From NCBI GenBank assembly GCA_965261545.1, contig CBDHDF010000007.1:480001-544000 (forward strand): a stretch of DNA of 64,000 nucleotides, in the 5' to 3' direction. Both the position numbers and the translations under genes were made by a program. Origin of the DNA: Bdellovibrionales bacterium. Its GTDB lineage: Bacteria; Bdellovibrionota; Bdellovibrionia; Bdellovibrionales; UBA1609. The notes under the pieces are model-generated. The model did no database searches. It was given only the letters and a program-made list of their open reading frames with translations, and had not been told where the DNA came from. This document shows positions 41,069-51,727 of the stretch, piece by piece. Positions within the stretch are counted from its first letter, which is position 1; each line of letters starts with the position of its first letter.

Positions 41069-42076
41069 TTGAAATACAACATTCTCTCTCTTACAACAGG
41101 TGATATCGACGGCATTGGAACAGAAGTCACAGCCAAGGCCCTTATTCACCTTGGGCCCGACCCCCAAATACGATACATTCTTTGCCGATCCCCCCACTGC
41201 CCTCAAAGCCACTTAAATCTTCTCAAAAAGCAATTCCACCTGGCAACAGTTCCAACTTGGGAAGATGCTTTCCATAGGCTCCATGAAACTTCCACTCCCC
41301 CCCACCATATCCTAGATCTTGTTATGCCTGAGCCACCCACCTTCTGGTTTGAAAAATCCGTGAACCTGTGCCTTGAAAAAAAGATAAGTGGCATTGTTAC
41401 GGGCCCCCTTTCCAAGATAGAAATGATGAAGTCAACCCCCCCTTTTCTAGGGCATACGGAGTTACTAAAGGCAAAAGTCATCAACTCCCACCCCTTTATG
41501 GCCTTTGTAGGCAAGAAATTCAATGTCCTATCCATCACAGGTCATATACCCTTTCAAAGTATCACCAAAATTCTCAGTGAGAGTCTTATCCTTAAGGGCC
41601 TCCAAAGTGCCAATGAACTGCGCCTGTCCCTCCCCTCCCATTTTAAGGAAAAGCCCCTGGGCGTCCTCGGGCTCAACCCCCACGCTGGAGAGGAGGGAAT
41701 CCTTGGCAATTTTGAAGAACAGGTCCTCAAACCCCTCCTTAAAAAAGTTCAGAAAAACCACCCTATTCCCCTTCGAGGCCCCCTTGTCCCCGATGCCGCT
41801 TTCTTAAGTAAATACTGGAGCCAATACTCTATCTACCTTTGCCTTTACCACGATCAAGGGCTCATTCCCTTCAAAATAATTCATGGACAAGATTCTGGTG
41901 CCCATATTACCATGGGGCTTCCCTTTGTTAGAACAAGCGTTGACCACGGCACAGCCAAAGAGCTTTTTAACTTAAATAAAGCCAACCCCAACTCAATGAT
42001 AGATGCTCTTAAGTGGGCTAAGTATCTTTTAGAGGGAAAAAAATTGAAGACTAAAGGTGAAGAGCAAAGACAATGA
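41069..42076 (+). CDS. pdxA: 4-hydroxythreonine-4-phosphate dehydrogenase
   Basis: GDIDGIGTE, GHTE, LNPHAGE, YHDQGLIPFK, RTSVDHGTA. Confidence 0.93.
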   Translation: MKYNILSLTTGDIDGIGTEVTAKALIHLGPDPQIRYILCRSPHCPQSHLNLLKKQFHLATVPTWEDAFHRLHETSTPPHHILDLVMPEPPTFWFEKSVNLCLEKKISGIVTGPLSKIEMMKSTPPFLGHTELLKAKVINSHPFMAFVGKKFNVLSITGHIPFQSITKILSESLILKGLQSANELRLSLPSHFKEKPLGVLGLNPHAGEEGILGNFEEQVLKPLLKKVQKNHPIPLRGPLVPDAAFLSKYWSQYSIYLCLYHDQGLIPFKIIHGQDSGAHITMGLPFVRTSVDHGTAKELFNLNKANPNSMIDALKWAKYLLEGKKLKTKGEEQRQ

Positions 42077-42105
42077 TGAAGGTCAAAAGCAATGATAGAT
42101 GAGGT

Positions 42106-42152
42106 CAATGCCGTTTCCTTAAGAAAAATCGGGACTGTAAAAATAATTGTGT
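42106..42152 (+). mobile_element. Left end of an IS4 element (42106-42130) fused to a 22-bp IS256 end (42131-42152)
   Basis: caatgccgtttccttaagaaaaatc matches 42551 and 54901; gggactgtaaaaataattgtgt matches 60081. Confidence 0.9.
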
Positions 42153-43790
42153 GTCGAGTAGGGAAGGAGGTTTCCCCCCTTCCCAGAACCCAACGCGCGC
42201 AATTCACGCATTAGGCTCCTCTGATTATAGGTTCACTGCTTGGTTGGTGGGATAGGTACACCAACTCGCACTCGCGTGGGAGTCTTCTAGCATTCCTTAT
42301 TAGACATTCCATTGGAATTGCTGGTAGGGGCGCCTAAGCCTTGGTATGGGTAACGGGAAACGCTTCAACAATCGGTTGTAAGCCTCCCAGTTGATCCGGT
42401 GCCTTTGCGTCCTCCTCATAAGCCACTTTTTCCATATTCTGATGACCACTCGGTAGAACCGCTTTATATTGCGGTAGTTTCCGGAGACACCATAATAGGC
42501 GTAGTGACCGTAGAGAAATTGCTGCAAACGGTTTGGCTTGATGCTTGATGCAATGCCGTTTCCTTAAGAAAAATCTCTTGAAATTATTAGATAAATCGAC
42601 AAGAATAAGACTTGTTTTATTTTACACCCAACCCTCAACCAAGGAGTAAGTCACATGCAATCCAATATTGATCTCGAAAGCCCCCAAATGACGAGTTCGC
42701 GTCACAGATGACCATTTTATTCTACCAAAACTTGATTCTTCCTTCAAGCCAGAGCACCTTGTCGATCCAGAAAAACAAAAAAGGAATCGAAAATTTAATC
42801 CTCAAATTTTCTTTTTTACTATTATCTATCTTATTTCCGGAACAAATTACGAAGGCTACCAAATCGCTCTTAAGACGGTATGGACTCATTTTGGTGACCT
42901 GCTTCTCATGCCAGTCAAAAGCAGTCTCAGCAAGATACGTCAAAGTATTTCTTACCTATTTTTTAAAAATATCTTTGAATCTCTGATTACAGACTACGAA
43001 CCATTGAGAAAAACGTTTCATGGCTTTTATATCTATGCCATAGATGGCGACCAATTAGCACTTCCTCGCTCTAAAGATCTTTTAAAGGAGGGTTATTGTG
43101 GGTACCCTTGCCCAAATGAGATGGAAACTCATTTCTTACGTATGTATCTATCTCATGCTTATGACGTTTTATCGGGTGTGACAAAGAATCTTTGCTATTC
43201 TCCCGCTCTCAACGAAATCGCCAATGCTATTCAAATGATAGGTAGTTCCTGTCCAGGGAAGAAAGTTAAGTAGTTTTAAGTATTTACATGCCTTCCCTTT
43301 AGATTTTATGCTTTAAAATGGAGTCCATCAAACATAATCCGTGTAAATTCAGTTACTTACATAAAACGGAAAAATAAAATAAGTTCCCCCCCCTCTCTTG
43401 ACGAACCTTTCACAGCCCCTCCCTTTCAGTGACTTATGTGGCTATCAACTGGTTACTTGATATGAGAGGAAGAGTTGGATCAACCTGTGTTTCCACCGTG
43501 GTGATTTCAAACCTCCTTCAGGGAAATAACATTACGTTGCGCATCAACTTCAAAAAATACTTGACGTGTTTTTTCAGAGAAATAATTTTTGATATTTTAT
43601 TCTTCATTTATTTTTTATGTAGGTTTTAGGAGGCGTGGGAACCTCTCTATGAGGTAGAATTCTTATCCATGTTCTCCGAGAACCTCTCTGATTTTTTTCT
43701 TCTTAAAAGACATCCTTGCTCACTTTTTTCCCTCAAAAAAACGTATGTTAATATAAAAATTAAAGAGAAACTTTCACCAAAGGGGGGACT

Positions 43791-45155
43791 ATGCGCCATT
43801 TGAAGAAGACACAGTTGGGACTCTTTTCCCAATATCCTAACCACCAACTCAGTACAGAATTGCAGCAAATTAATAACATCATTGATCGCCATCCAGAGTT
43901 TGCCCATATGGTTCATGAAGACCTTGTTAAAGAAAAGAAAGATTCTGGTGATATTGGTATGACATCGGAGCAAGTTCTCAAGGTGGCTATTCTTAAATCC
44001 ATAAGAGGTCTTTCCTATCGTGCGTTAGCCTTTAATCTTGTCGATTCAGTATCCACCAGAGCTTTTCTGGGCCTTGAATTGGAAGAAAATTACGCTCACT
44101 CCACCTTACAGGACTTGATTGTTCAAATAAGTGAAGAAACTTGGGGAATTATTAGCGCCTCTTTAGTTTCAGATGCAAGAGATCAAAAGATTGAGCCGTG
44201 TAAGAAAATGAGATTGGACAGTACAGTGACGAAATCAAATATTCATCATCCAACGGATGCATCGCTTTTATATGACTGCATAAGAGTTACAGAAAGAGAA
44301 TTTAAAAAAGTTCGTAAAAATGTCATGAAAGATTTTTGGCGACTTATTTCAAGAGAAGATCTTAAGAGAGCAAAAACCTTTCTTTACAAAATTAATAATT
44401 CCAAAAATGATGCGGAAAGACTACCTTGCTATAAGGAGCTTTTAAAAATCGCTACCAAATTGAACAAAGGATTACCTGATACCATCAGAAAGATAAAAAA
44501 AGAACAAAAATGTGTGAAGATGAATGCTTTGAAAAAGAGTCTAAAACAGTTAGAAAATGTTGCCTTCTACCTGGAAAAAATCATCTTTCAAACTCAAAAA
44601 AGAGTTATTGAGGGGAAAAAAGTATCTTCTGAAAAAAAGGTCCTATCCATCTTTGAACCGCATACAGACATTATTGTAAAGGGGCAAAGAGAAGTCGAGT
44701 TTGGGCATAAAATCTTTCTGACCTCAGGGCAAAGCAACATGATTTTAGATTGTCAGATCCCTGATGGCAACCCCGCAGACTCTGATATGTTTTTAAAAGT
44801 TATGAATTCAGTGACACAAACCTATGGGGCTTGCCCTGTAAAAGTAAGTGCAGATGGTGGGTTTGCTTCAAAAGAAAATCTTGAAGAGGCCAAAGAGATG
44901 GGGGCTAAAGATGTTTGCTTCCCAGAAAAAAAAGGAATGAAAATATTAAAGATGGTTAAAAGTGCTTGGGTCTTTAAAAATCTTCTCAATTGGAGAGCCG
45001 GAATAGAGGCTGTTATTTCATTCCTTAAGAGATGTTTTGGTATGAGAGTTGCTTACTGGAAAGGGCATGATGGTTTTAAGAGGTATGTAAAGAATGCCGT
45101 TTGTGCCTATAATTTTGTTGTCTTGGCAAGACATGAATTATCAACTGTCACCTAA
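43791..45155 (+). CDS. ISNCY-type DDE transposase, intact
   Basis: RLDSTV...IHHPTD, SIFEPHT, EFGHK, ADGGF, RAGIEAVISFLKR. Confidence 0.92.
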   Translation: MRHLKKTQLGLFSQYPNHQLSTELQQINNIIDRHPEFAHMVHEDLVKEKKDSGDIGMTSEQVLKVAILKSIRGLSYRALAFNLVDSVSTRAFLGLELEENYAHSTLQDLIVQISEETWGIISASLVSDARDQKIEPCKKMRLDSTVTKSNIHHPTDASLLYDCIRVTEREFKKVRKNVMKDFWRLISREDLKRAKTFLYKINNSKNDAERLPCYKELLKIATKLNKGLPDTIRKIKKEQKCVKMNALKKSLKQLENVAFYLEKIIFQTQKRVIEGKKVSSEKKVLSIFEPHTDIIVKGQREVEFGHKIFLTSGQSNMILDCQIPDGNPADSDMFLKVMNSVTQTYGACPVKVSADGGFASKENLEEAKEMGAKDVCFPEKKGMKILKMVKSAWVFKNLLNWRAGIEAVISFLKRCFGMRVAYWKGHDGFKRYVKNAVCAYNFVVLARHELSTVT

Positions 45156-45313
45156 ATTTATCCATTAGGAATAACAGCAATGGACCAGGTCGAAGGTGCT
45201 AAAATCTTCCAAAGGTAGGGGTGCGTCTTCAAATCGAAAAAACTAGGGCGCAAGTCGCTTAAAGACCTTTTTCCCCTTAATCTGTAGAGTTTGTGTGGCA
45301 AATCTCCAACTCT

Positions 45314-45353
45314 CACTCCCCCATTGAGGCATTGGGAGGCTCAATGGGGAGTG
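45314..45353. terminator. Long hairpin near the ISNCY right end
   Basis: cactcccccattgag...ctcaatgggggagtg; also present in copy 2 near 55630-55670. Confidence 0.6.
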
Positions 45354-46553
45354 TCAGAGAACAAAAAATGGGCCTTTCTGGACAGAAACTAGGTAGTTTT
45401 GAGAGTAATAGCATAACTCTCTACATAGGCTTTATTTATCTACAGAGATTATTAAGGCCCATGCTCAAGCCAGTAACTTCTTTATTGCGCGTTGTAAGCG
45501 AGGCTCTACTTTTATCCCCATCGTAAATTTATTTAATGGCCCAGGTTGGTATTCACAAATGGTTATTGAGGGGGTGGTCATTCATCTCTATAAGTATAAA
45601 AACCCAAAGACTGGGGAGTTCTCTGTTTTGGCCACTAATCTTCCGCATGGCTCCTTGGACAAGAAGGATATGGTTGCTCTTTACTCTCGTCGTTGGGAAA
45701 TAGAAACGACATTTCGTGATTTTACATCGACAATGAAAATGGAGCAGTGGCACTCAACAAGCCTTAATGGAATATTGCAAGAGCTGTATTCTTATTTTTG
45801 GCTCTTCAATTATACAAAGATTCAAATGAGCATAAATGAGGATGAAGACAGTGTGAATCAGTTGGTAAAAAATGACTACAAAAAACCTAACTTTAAACTG
45901 ATTCTTGATTTCATAATGGATAGCATCCCCCTTTTTGTTGCGGGGCTCTATCAGAAATTTAGGAAGCAGATAAAGTTGCTGATGAAGATTTCAATGGAGA
46001 AGAGGAGGCACTTCAAAAGAAGCTATGAAAGGTCTATCAAAAGGGCTGGGAGTTCTTTTAAAAGAAATAGCTTAACGCAGAGGCAGAGGGGTGTGGTGGC
46101 TTAAGGAAACGGCATTGATGCTTGATGGGAGCGTGACGATGTCGTTTACACCAGAGGCTAACGGATGCTAGCCCCCTGTCCAAACGACTTTTCATCGTGC
46201 CTCGAAAAACAACCCAGTTTCCTTTCTGTGATCTCCGCCATGTATGACTGAAACCTAAGAAGTCAAACGACTGGATTTTTCTCACATCCCTCTCGTATTC
46301 CTTGAGGTTCGTGCGGGAAATGCGGTACGGAGGAGGGCGGAAATCTACAATCCGAGACTTCTCGGGATGCATTGTTAAGCCAAATCGAGTAAGTCTTTTT
46401 GGCAACACCTCGTAGATTCGCCGTGCGTCCTCTTCCCTCTGGAATCCCATCACGAAGTCATCGCAGTATCGAGCCATAAACCCGTATCCTTTGAGTCGTG
46501 GTTTGACATCCTTCTCAAACCATTCATCTAAGACATAATGGAGAAATACGTTA

Positions 46554-46642
46554 GGAGGTGTAAATAAATAACTTTTATTTTTTTCACTTGTCTTTACTAG
46601 GAAAGTTAACATCATACAGCAAAGTTATTTTTTTACACCTCC
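46554..46642. mobile_element. 89-bp MITE inserted in the intron RT gene
   Basis: TIRs ggaggtgtaaataaataactt / aagttatttttttacacctcc; TTA duplication; removal restores PLLANVFL. Confidence 0.9.
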
Positions 46643-46675
46643 TTAGCCAGGAGCGGAGAACAAACTCCCCGGACA

Positions 46676-48166
46676 CGAATTGGGTCAAAAATAACGACAC
46701 CAAGACGCATCACATTAAAACACCTTCGTGGTGCCCGGGTTATGGTCCTCCACCTGGCTGGCTCATTATTCCGACACCGAGTTCCCACTTTTCTCTTTTT
46801 GAGTCAAAAATGTGCGTTGAGGAGACTCCCTCACTCAATAAGACACCGGTTGTTACGCCTTCTAAAACAGATCAGCCGAGCTACCCCTCTGTTGATCCTC
46901 TCAGTAAGATTGATCTTTGGAAACAAACAATCAACGAGGGGGTCTTCAGTGAGGGAGTCGGCTGTTAATGCTTACTTAACTGCAATTTCAGGCTTATATC
47001 AACAAAGTTCTAAGGCTAAAAAAGGGGAGTTGCTAGATCATGCGGAACTGGTCACAAACCTCTCTAGGAAGCGACTCATAAGGAGATTAAACGAGATTCA
47101 ACAAAATAATGGCTCTGTGCCACTCAAGCGGTCAGGGAGGCCTCTGGCTTATTCTCAAGAGGAGTTACGACCCCACATCAAATATTTGTGGGAACAAATG
47201 GAAAAAATCTCGGCTGTACGAATAAAAGCCGCTCTACCGGATTGGCTCCCCAATTATGAGTCGTGTCCTCCCCACTTAAAGCTTCAGTTAGAAAAAATGA
47301 GTGCCAGCACCTTGAAGCGTTATCTGAAGGAAATTCGCTTGGCTTCATTGGTCTCTAAGGGATTGTCCACAACCTGTCCTGCCCAATATATGAAAAATAA
47401 GGTTCCCATCAATACACTGGACTCCAAGGTCACAAGGCCTGGTTATATACAAACAGATACGGTTGCTCACTGTGGAACCAGTGCCCAAGGCCCTTTTATC
47501 AGCTCTCTTACAGTGACCGACATTAACACCACATGGACAGAGTGTCGGGCTATGTTTACCAAGAAAGGGACGGAGGTGAGAAGGCAAATCAACAACATTA
47601 ACCAAGCTATACCTTTTAAACTACTGGCCATGAACTCAGACTCAGGAAGTGAGTTCTTAAACAAGCCTGTCCTTCAATTCACCCAATTATCTAACATCAA
47701 GTTCACTCGTTCTCGCCCCTACAAAAAGAATGACAACTGCTACATTGAGCAAAAAAACTTCACCCACGTCAGAGAATTGTTTGGCTATGAGAGGTTTGAA
47801 GATCCAAGGCTAGTTCCTTTAATGAATGACATTTATAAAAACCACTGGAGTCCCCTCCAGAACTTCTTTCTCCCCACATTTAAACTTCAGGAAAAGGTAC
47901 GAGTGGGAGCCAGAATCAAGAAAAAGTATGGCACCCCTAAGACTCCCTATCAGAGAGTTATTGAAAGTGGGGTATTAAACCATGAGGAGGATGAAGCACT
48001 GAGGAGGCGTAAAGCTGAACTCAACCCCTTTGAGCTAAAGAGGGGACTTGAACTAAAACTTAAAGAGTTTTTCAAATTAGTACGACAGGAAAATATCAAG
48101 GAGGTGGCATAAGATGAGCAAAATGACAAACCGCTCCTTGGTGTCGTTTACTTATGACCCAATACG
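46676..48166 (+). mobile_element. IS with integrase-core transposase (ISNCY/IS481-like)
   Basis: Imperfect TIRs cgaattgggtca...acgacaccaag / cttggtgtcgt...tgacccaatacg; no matching TSD. Confidence 0.85.
46949..48112 (+). CDS. Integrase-core (rve-like) transposase
   Basis: PGYIQTDTVAHCG, SDSGSEF, FTRSRPYKKNDNCYIEQKN; GTG at 46949 after GAGGGGG. Confidence 0.9.
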   Translation: MRESAVNAYLTAISGLYQQSSKAKKGELLDHAELVTNLSRKRLIRRLNEIQQNNGSVPLKRSGRPLAYSQEELRPHIKYLWEQMEKISAVRIKAALPDWLPNYESCPPHLKLQLEKMSASTLKRYLKEIRLASLVSKGLSTTCPAQYMKNKVPINTLDSKVTRPGYIQTDTVAHCGTSAQGPFISSLTVTDINTTWTECRAMFTKKGTEVRRQINNINQAIPFKLLAMNSDSGSEFLNKPVLQFTQLSNIKFTRSRPYKKNDNCYIEQKNFTHVRELFGYERFEDPRLVPLMNDIYKNHWSPLQNFFLPTFKLQEKVRVGARIKKKYGTPKTPYQRVIESGVLNHEEDEALRRRKAELNPFELKRGLELKLKEFFKLVRQENIKEVA

Positions 48167-48186
48167 ATAATTTTGCGGATTTCAGG
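48167..48186 (-). mobile_element. Orphan IS1634-like end
   Basis: Reverse complement cctgaaatccgcaaaattat versus cctgaaatccctaaaagttg. Confidence 0.55.
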
Positions 48187-48361
48187 AAATTATCCTCCCA
48201 AGAGAACTTGGAAGTCTCAAGTTCTCTTAATTTCTTGAGCCACCAAACGGGAGAGCAAACCAAACAGAAAGAATCAGTCATCCTTTTCTCACTCACTTCA
48301 CCTCGACACACCTTTAATCAAAATATCACTCTCAACAACTTAAACTACGACTCCCGGGGTC

Positions 48362-49890
48362 GCCACCTTGAGTTCCTAGCACTCACATCAGGCGTGGACC
48401 TGTGCTTTAAAGAAGCATCAAGGGGGCGATACGATTAAATCAACAGGGAAAATTTTTTTGACGAGCGCTAGGACCTACCTCCCAAGGTTATGAGATGGCC
48501 ACACTTCCTCTAACTGTGTGGGGTCTGTCACTCCCAGCTTATTGTGATGGTAAATACTCACATTTCCGGTACCACAATCTCCGAAGTCATCGCAACTAAG
48601 TGTGCCGAGAAGACCTCGGAAATTCCTTATCCCTCGAATCTCCCTACGTAGTTCCTTTCGGTGGATATACAACTTGTCGTTGGCTACTTGCCCCACGGAT
48701 TTGATGGCCTTCAACAACAAGGTTGCTGCATCGTAGGCGTGCACCCAGTAAGGCGTCCCCGGAGAATCGCCGTATGTGGCTGTAAAAGTAGACAGCACTT
48801 CTTTTACGCTCTTTCCAGTGGCTTGATTGGTGTTTTCAACAGAAATTCGCTCTGGACCGGCAAGGTAGATTCCCAAGGACTCGGGCACTTCTAAAAACTC
48901 TCTTAAAAGGAGGGCGGCACCCGTAACAAGTTTTACGCTTTTTAAAGCTTCCACGGAGCGTACTTGTCGCACAAAAGGAATTCCTTCTTTGTTAAATATT
49001 GGGAAAAAAACTCCGTCCGGTTGCAATGCCGCCAATCTCACCAAAATATGGCTCATATCCATATCACCTTTCCCAACTCTGACCATCAGGAGGACTTCTC
49101 CTCCCAGTGAATTAAATTCATGGCGAAACGCCATGGTCAAGCCCAGGGTGTACGGATCCCCATCATCCAAGGTGGCCATACGCCGCAAATCCAAATGGTG
49201 ATAGGCAAACTCGGCAAGGGTCTTGGCTTGGTGAAGGTCGTTATTGGAGGTGCGAAAATAACCCGGGTGATAGTTCGGGCTTGGGCTGCCTGCAAGGTCG
49301 GAAGTTAATGCCGGCGAGGTGTTGGATGGAGAGATCATCACCAAACCGGCCTGACTGATCAAGGGTGAAGCCGCTACGGCAGCACCCGAGCAAGATGTGC
49401 CAATCACACCGACAACCTGTGAGTTGGCGATGATTTGCTTGGCACCGACGTGCCCACCTTCTGCAGAGCACATGGCATCCACAGGCTCCCCCAATTCAAC
49501 TTTAAATCCGTGAATGGGGCCAAAATCTTGAATAGCCAACTCAATGCTGTGTCGAGAACTCTTCCCAGTGCCAGTAAAAACAGTGTGAGCAAGCAGCGAA
49601 CGTATTTGCACACCTTCTCCATGGTCAATTTCCACGAAAGACTTACCCCAAGAAACTGAGAATCCCATAAACAACCCAATGAAAATAAAAATATATCGCA
49701 TTATAAAACCTCCTGATTGATTTTGCTGTACCATTTTCTATACTATATTTTTTACCGTCAAGCCACTGAACGCATGTTATGGGCATACCAAGTTATGAGT
49801 TTAGAAGCAAGATTTATCGTAACGACTCACCCCCTTCATGCTCTTTAAAGCACGGGTCGCCTGGATGTGAGTGCTAGGAACCAAGGTGGC
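48362..49890. repeat. About 80-bp imperfect inverted repeats (48362-48441, 49811-49890) flanking one gene
   Basis: gccaccttg.gttcctagcactcacatc...gtgctttaaaga...gcat.aaggggg...acgat.aaatc found on opposite strands. Confidence 0.88.
48475..49701 (-). CDS. Branched-chain amino acid ABC substrate-binding protein (LivJ/K-like), orphan
   Basis: Signal peptide, VVGVIGTSCSGAA, MISPSNTSPALT, YFRT, HAYDAA; AGGAGG RBS. Confidence 0.9.
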   Translation of the reverse strand: MRYIFIFIGLFMGFSVSWGKSFVEIDHGEGVQIRSLLAHTVFTGTGKSSRHSIELAIQDFGPIHGFKVELGEPVDAMCSAEGGHVGAKQIIANSQVVGVIGTSCSGAAVAASPLISQAGLVMISPSNTSPALTSDLAGSPSPNYHPGYFRTSNNDLHQAKTLAEFAYHHLDLRRMATLDDGDPYTLGLTMAFRHEFNSLGGEVLLMVRVGKGDMDMSHILVRLAALQPDGVFFPIFNKEGIPFVRQVRSVEALKSVKLVTGAALLLREFLEVPESLGIYLAGPERISVENTNQATGKSVKEVLSTFTATYGDSPGTPYWVHAYDAATLLLKAIKSVGQVANDKLYIHRKELRREIRGIRNFRGLLGTLSCDDFGDCGTGNVSIYHHNKLGVTDPTQLEEVWPSHNLGR

Positions 49891-50147
49891 AAGGAACGAA
49901 TCTATATAAGTATCTTTGGTCTGTGCTTAAATAATCTCATTGGCAACGATCCTAGACTTATTAGAAAGATCAAAAGATCCGAAGACACTATTAGAAAATA
50001 ATATTATTATATTTAATTTAATTAATAATCAATGTCGTATACAATAAATATGTAACTGTTCAGGTGGCGGCAGAGTTCAAGGGGTAAAACTATTCATTTT
50101 ACAAAAGATACATAAATATTATATTTTCATCAAAACATCATCCGGAT

Positions 50148-51473
50148 ATGATGAGGAGATTCGTGAAAAATCCACCCTTCTTAAAACTGAAAACTCTTCC
50201 AACCCTTACAGCCGCCTACATTTTTACCTTTCTATGCCTGGGATGCAATAAAAATCTTCCTCACAAAAATGAAATATTTTCGAGTTCTTCACCTATTTGT
50301 TCACAACTTGTAGTAGACAATGAATTTTTAGTTCATTGGAAAAATGGCAGCGTGACCTTAGAAAAGTTTGACAGTATAGACACTTTTAAAAACTCATTGC
50401 TCAAGAGTCGCTCCAAAGATATTCTGTGGGCTGAGCCCAACTACTATGTTTCTCTCTCCCCATCAAAGCCTCCCTCTCAAAGGGTTTGCAATGAAGAACA
50501 CGTCAACAACTGGGGCATTCAAAGTATTGAAGCTCCTTCAGGCTGGCAGCGAGGAGCGCGAGGGCAGAATGTTGTTGTCGCTGTCATTGACTCTGGCATT
50601 GATCCTCACCACCTACAATTATCTTCCAATATTTTTGTGAACCAAGGAGAAACTGGCATAGACGAAGATGGCTCTAATAAAAGTCACAACGGAATCGACG
50701 ACGACGATAATGGTTATATTGATGATGTCCGGGGTTATAATTTCGTCAACTCTTCACCCTATCCTATCGACAATCTTGGACACGGAACCCTTGTGGCGGG
50801 AATTATTGCAGCCCAACATGATGACAATGAATACAACATTCAAAGGGTTCAAGGAGTTGCCCCAAAAGCACAAATACTCCCCCTCAAGTTTATCGAAGGA
50901 AACACAGGAGGAGAAACATTTGCCATTATTGAGGCCATCGACTATGCCATTCTCATGGGGGTCCAAGTGATTAACGCCAGTTGGGGCGGCCCTCTTTGTT
51001 CAATCACCCTAAGGAGTCGTATTGAATCTCTCATAGGTGAAAATATTCTCTTTATCTCTGCCGCAGGAAACTCCGGCCATGACATTGACAATATTCCCTC
51101 CTACCCTGCCTCCTTTCAACTCCTCCCACAAATCACGGTAGGGGCCATCGACCCCTACGAAGACAAAGCTATTTTCTCTAATTATGGAGAAACCTCTGTT
51201 CACATTTTTGCTCCAGGTCAAGATATTGTCAGCACAATTCCCATGCACTTTGGAGCCACTACGGCTTGTTCAGATGGCACCAGTATGGCCACTCCATTTG
51301 TTGCTGGAGTCGCAGCGGCCCTCTGGAGCCATGAACCTGAGGCCTCCATCATGGAAATTAAAAGCTCCATTCTCAACTCAGTCTCCAAAGACAGCAGATA
51401 CCAAAACTCCACAAGGGGACGCCTCAACATGAACAAGGCCCTTGACGAATTAAACCGCTTCATGGAAGACTAA
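50148..51473 (+). CDS. S8 subtilisin-like serine protease, probable lipoprotein
   Basis: Catalytic motifs VAVIDSG, HGTLVAG, GTSMATP; AAGN; LGC lipobox. Confidence 0.95.
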   Translation: MMRRFVKNPPFLKLKTLPTLTAAYIFTFLCLGCNKNLPHKNEIFSSSSPICSQLVVDNEFLVHWKNGSVTLEKFDSIDTFKNSLLKSRSKDILWAEPNYYVSLSPSKPPSQRVCNEEHVNNWGIQSIEAPSGWQRGARGQNVVVAVIDSGIDPHHLQLSSNIFVNQGETGIDEDGSNKSHNGIDDDDNGYIDDVRGYNFVNSSPYPIDNLGHGTLVAGIIAAQHDDNEYNIQRVQGVAPKAQILPLKFIEGNTGGETFAIIEAIDYAILMGVQVINASWGGPLCSITLRSRIESLIGENILFISAAGNSGHDIDNIPSYPASFQLLPQITVGAIDPYEDKAIFSNYGETSVHIFAPGQDIVSTIPMHFGATTACSDGTSMATPFVAGVAAALWSHEPEASIMEIKSSILNSVSKDSRYQNSTRGRLNMNKALDELNRFMED

Positions 51474-51481
51474 AAGTGACT

Positions 51482-51727
51482 TTACTCCACAATCTCAAGA
51501 ACGCTGCGCTTTTGCAGCTTTGTGCTGGCAGCGTTGAGAATGGTTCTCATAGAGCGAGCTGTCCGCCCTTGTTTGCCAATCACCTTCCCTAAGTCGTCCT
51601 TAGCCACCTTCAACTCGACAACGGTGGTTTGCTCTCCAACCACCTCACTCACCTCAACATCACTGGGATTATCCACAAGAGACTTCGCCATAAACTCAAC
51701 AAGATCTTTCAAACTACTGGGTTCCAT
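51482..51727 (-). CDS. khpA: KH-domain RNA-binding protein
   Basis: [20 protein letters not shown]; downstream of rpsP. Confidence 0.93.
   Translation of the reverse strand: MEPSSLKDLVEFMAKSLVDNPSDVEVSEVVGEQTTVVELKVAKDDLGKVIGKQGRTARSMRTILNAASTKLQKRSVLEIVE

Larger units (their letters stand above)
43244..45390 (+). mobile_element. ISNCY-type (IS5-related) element, copy 1
   Basis: TIRs agttcctgtcca / tggacagaaact; aggt duplicated on both sides. Confidence 0.9.
42551..46117 (+). mobile_element. Degenerate IS4-family element, copy 1, carrying an ISNCY insertion
   Basis: TIRs caatgccgtttccttaag / cttaaggaaacggcattg; 10-bp TSD atgcttgatg; fragments YAIDGD and YSRRWEIETTFR. Confidence 0.93.
42153..46670 (-). 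mobile_element. Group II intron, 3' part (domains V/VI and RT/maturase fragments), multiply interrupted, 5' half missing
   Basis: Minus strand gagcctaatgcg...cgttgggttctgggaagggg...cctactcgac (42153-42218); RT pieces GVCSPLLA/NVFLHYVLDEWF, RYCDDFV, FDFLGF, GHYAYYG. Confidence 0.9.

Noticed and set aside
46058..46615. RT as retron, DGR or defence RT
   Set aside because: Maturase domain and DV/DVI RNA identify a group II intron; the ORF ends are chimeric with MITE and IS4 sequence.
49760..49800. attC/integron cassette site
   Set aside because: Only a one-arm resemblance (cccataacatgcgttcag); no complementary arm or integrase.
48377..49877. CIRCE operator (ctagcactc / gagtgctag)
   Set aside because: Half-sites are 1.5 kb apart within the inverted repeats, not 9 bp apart.
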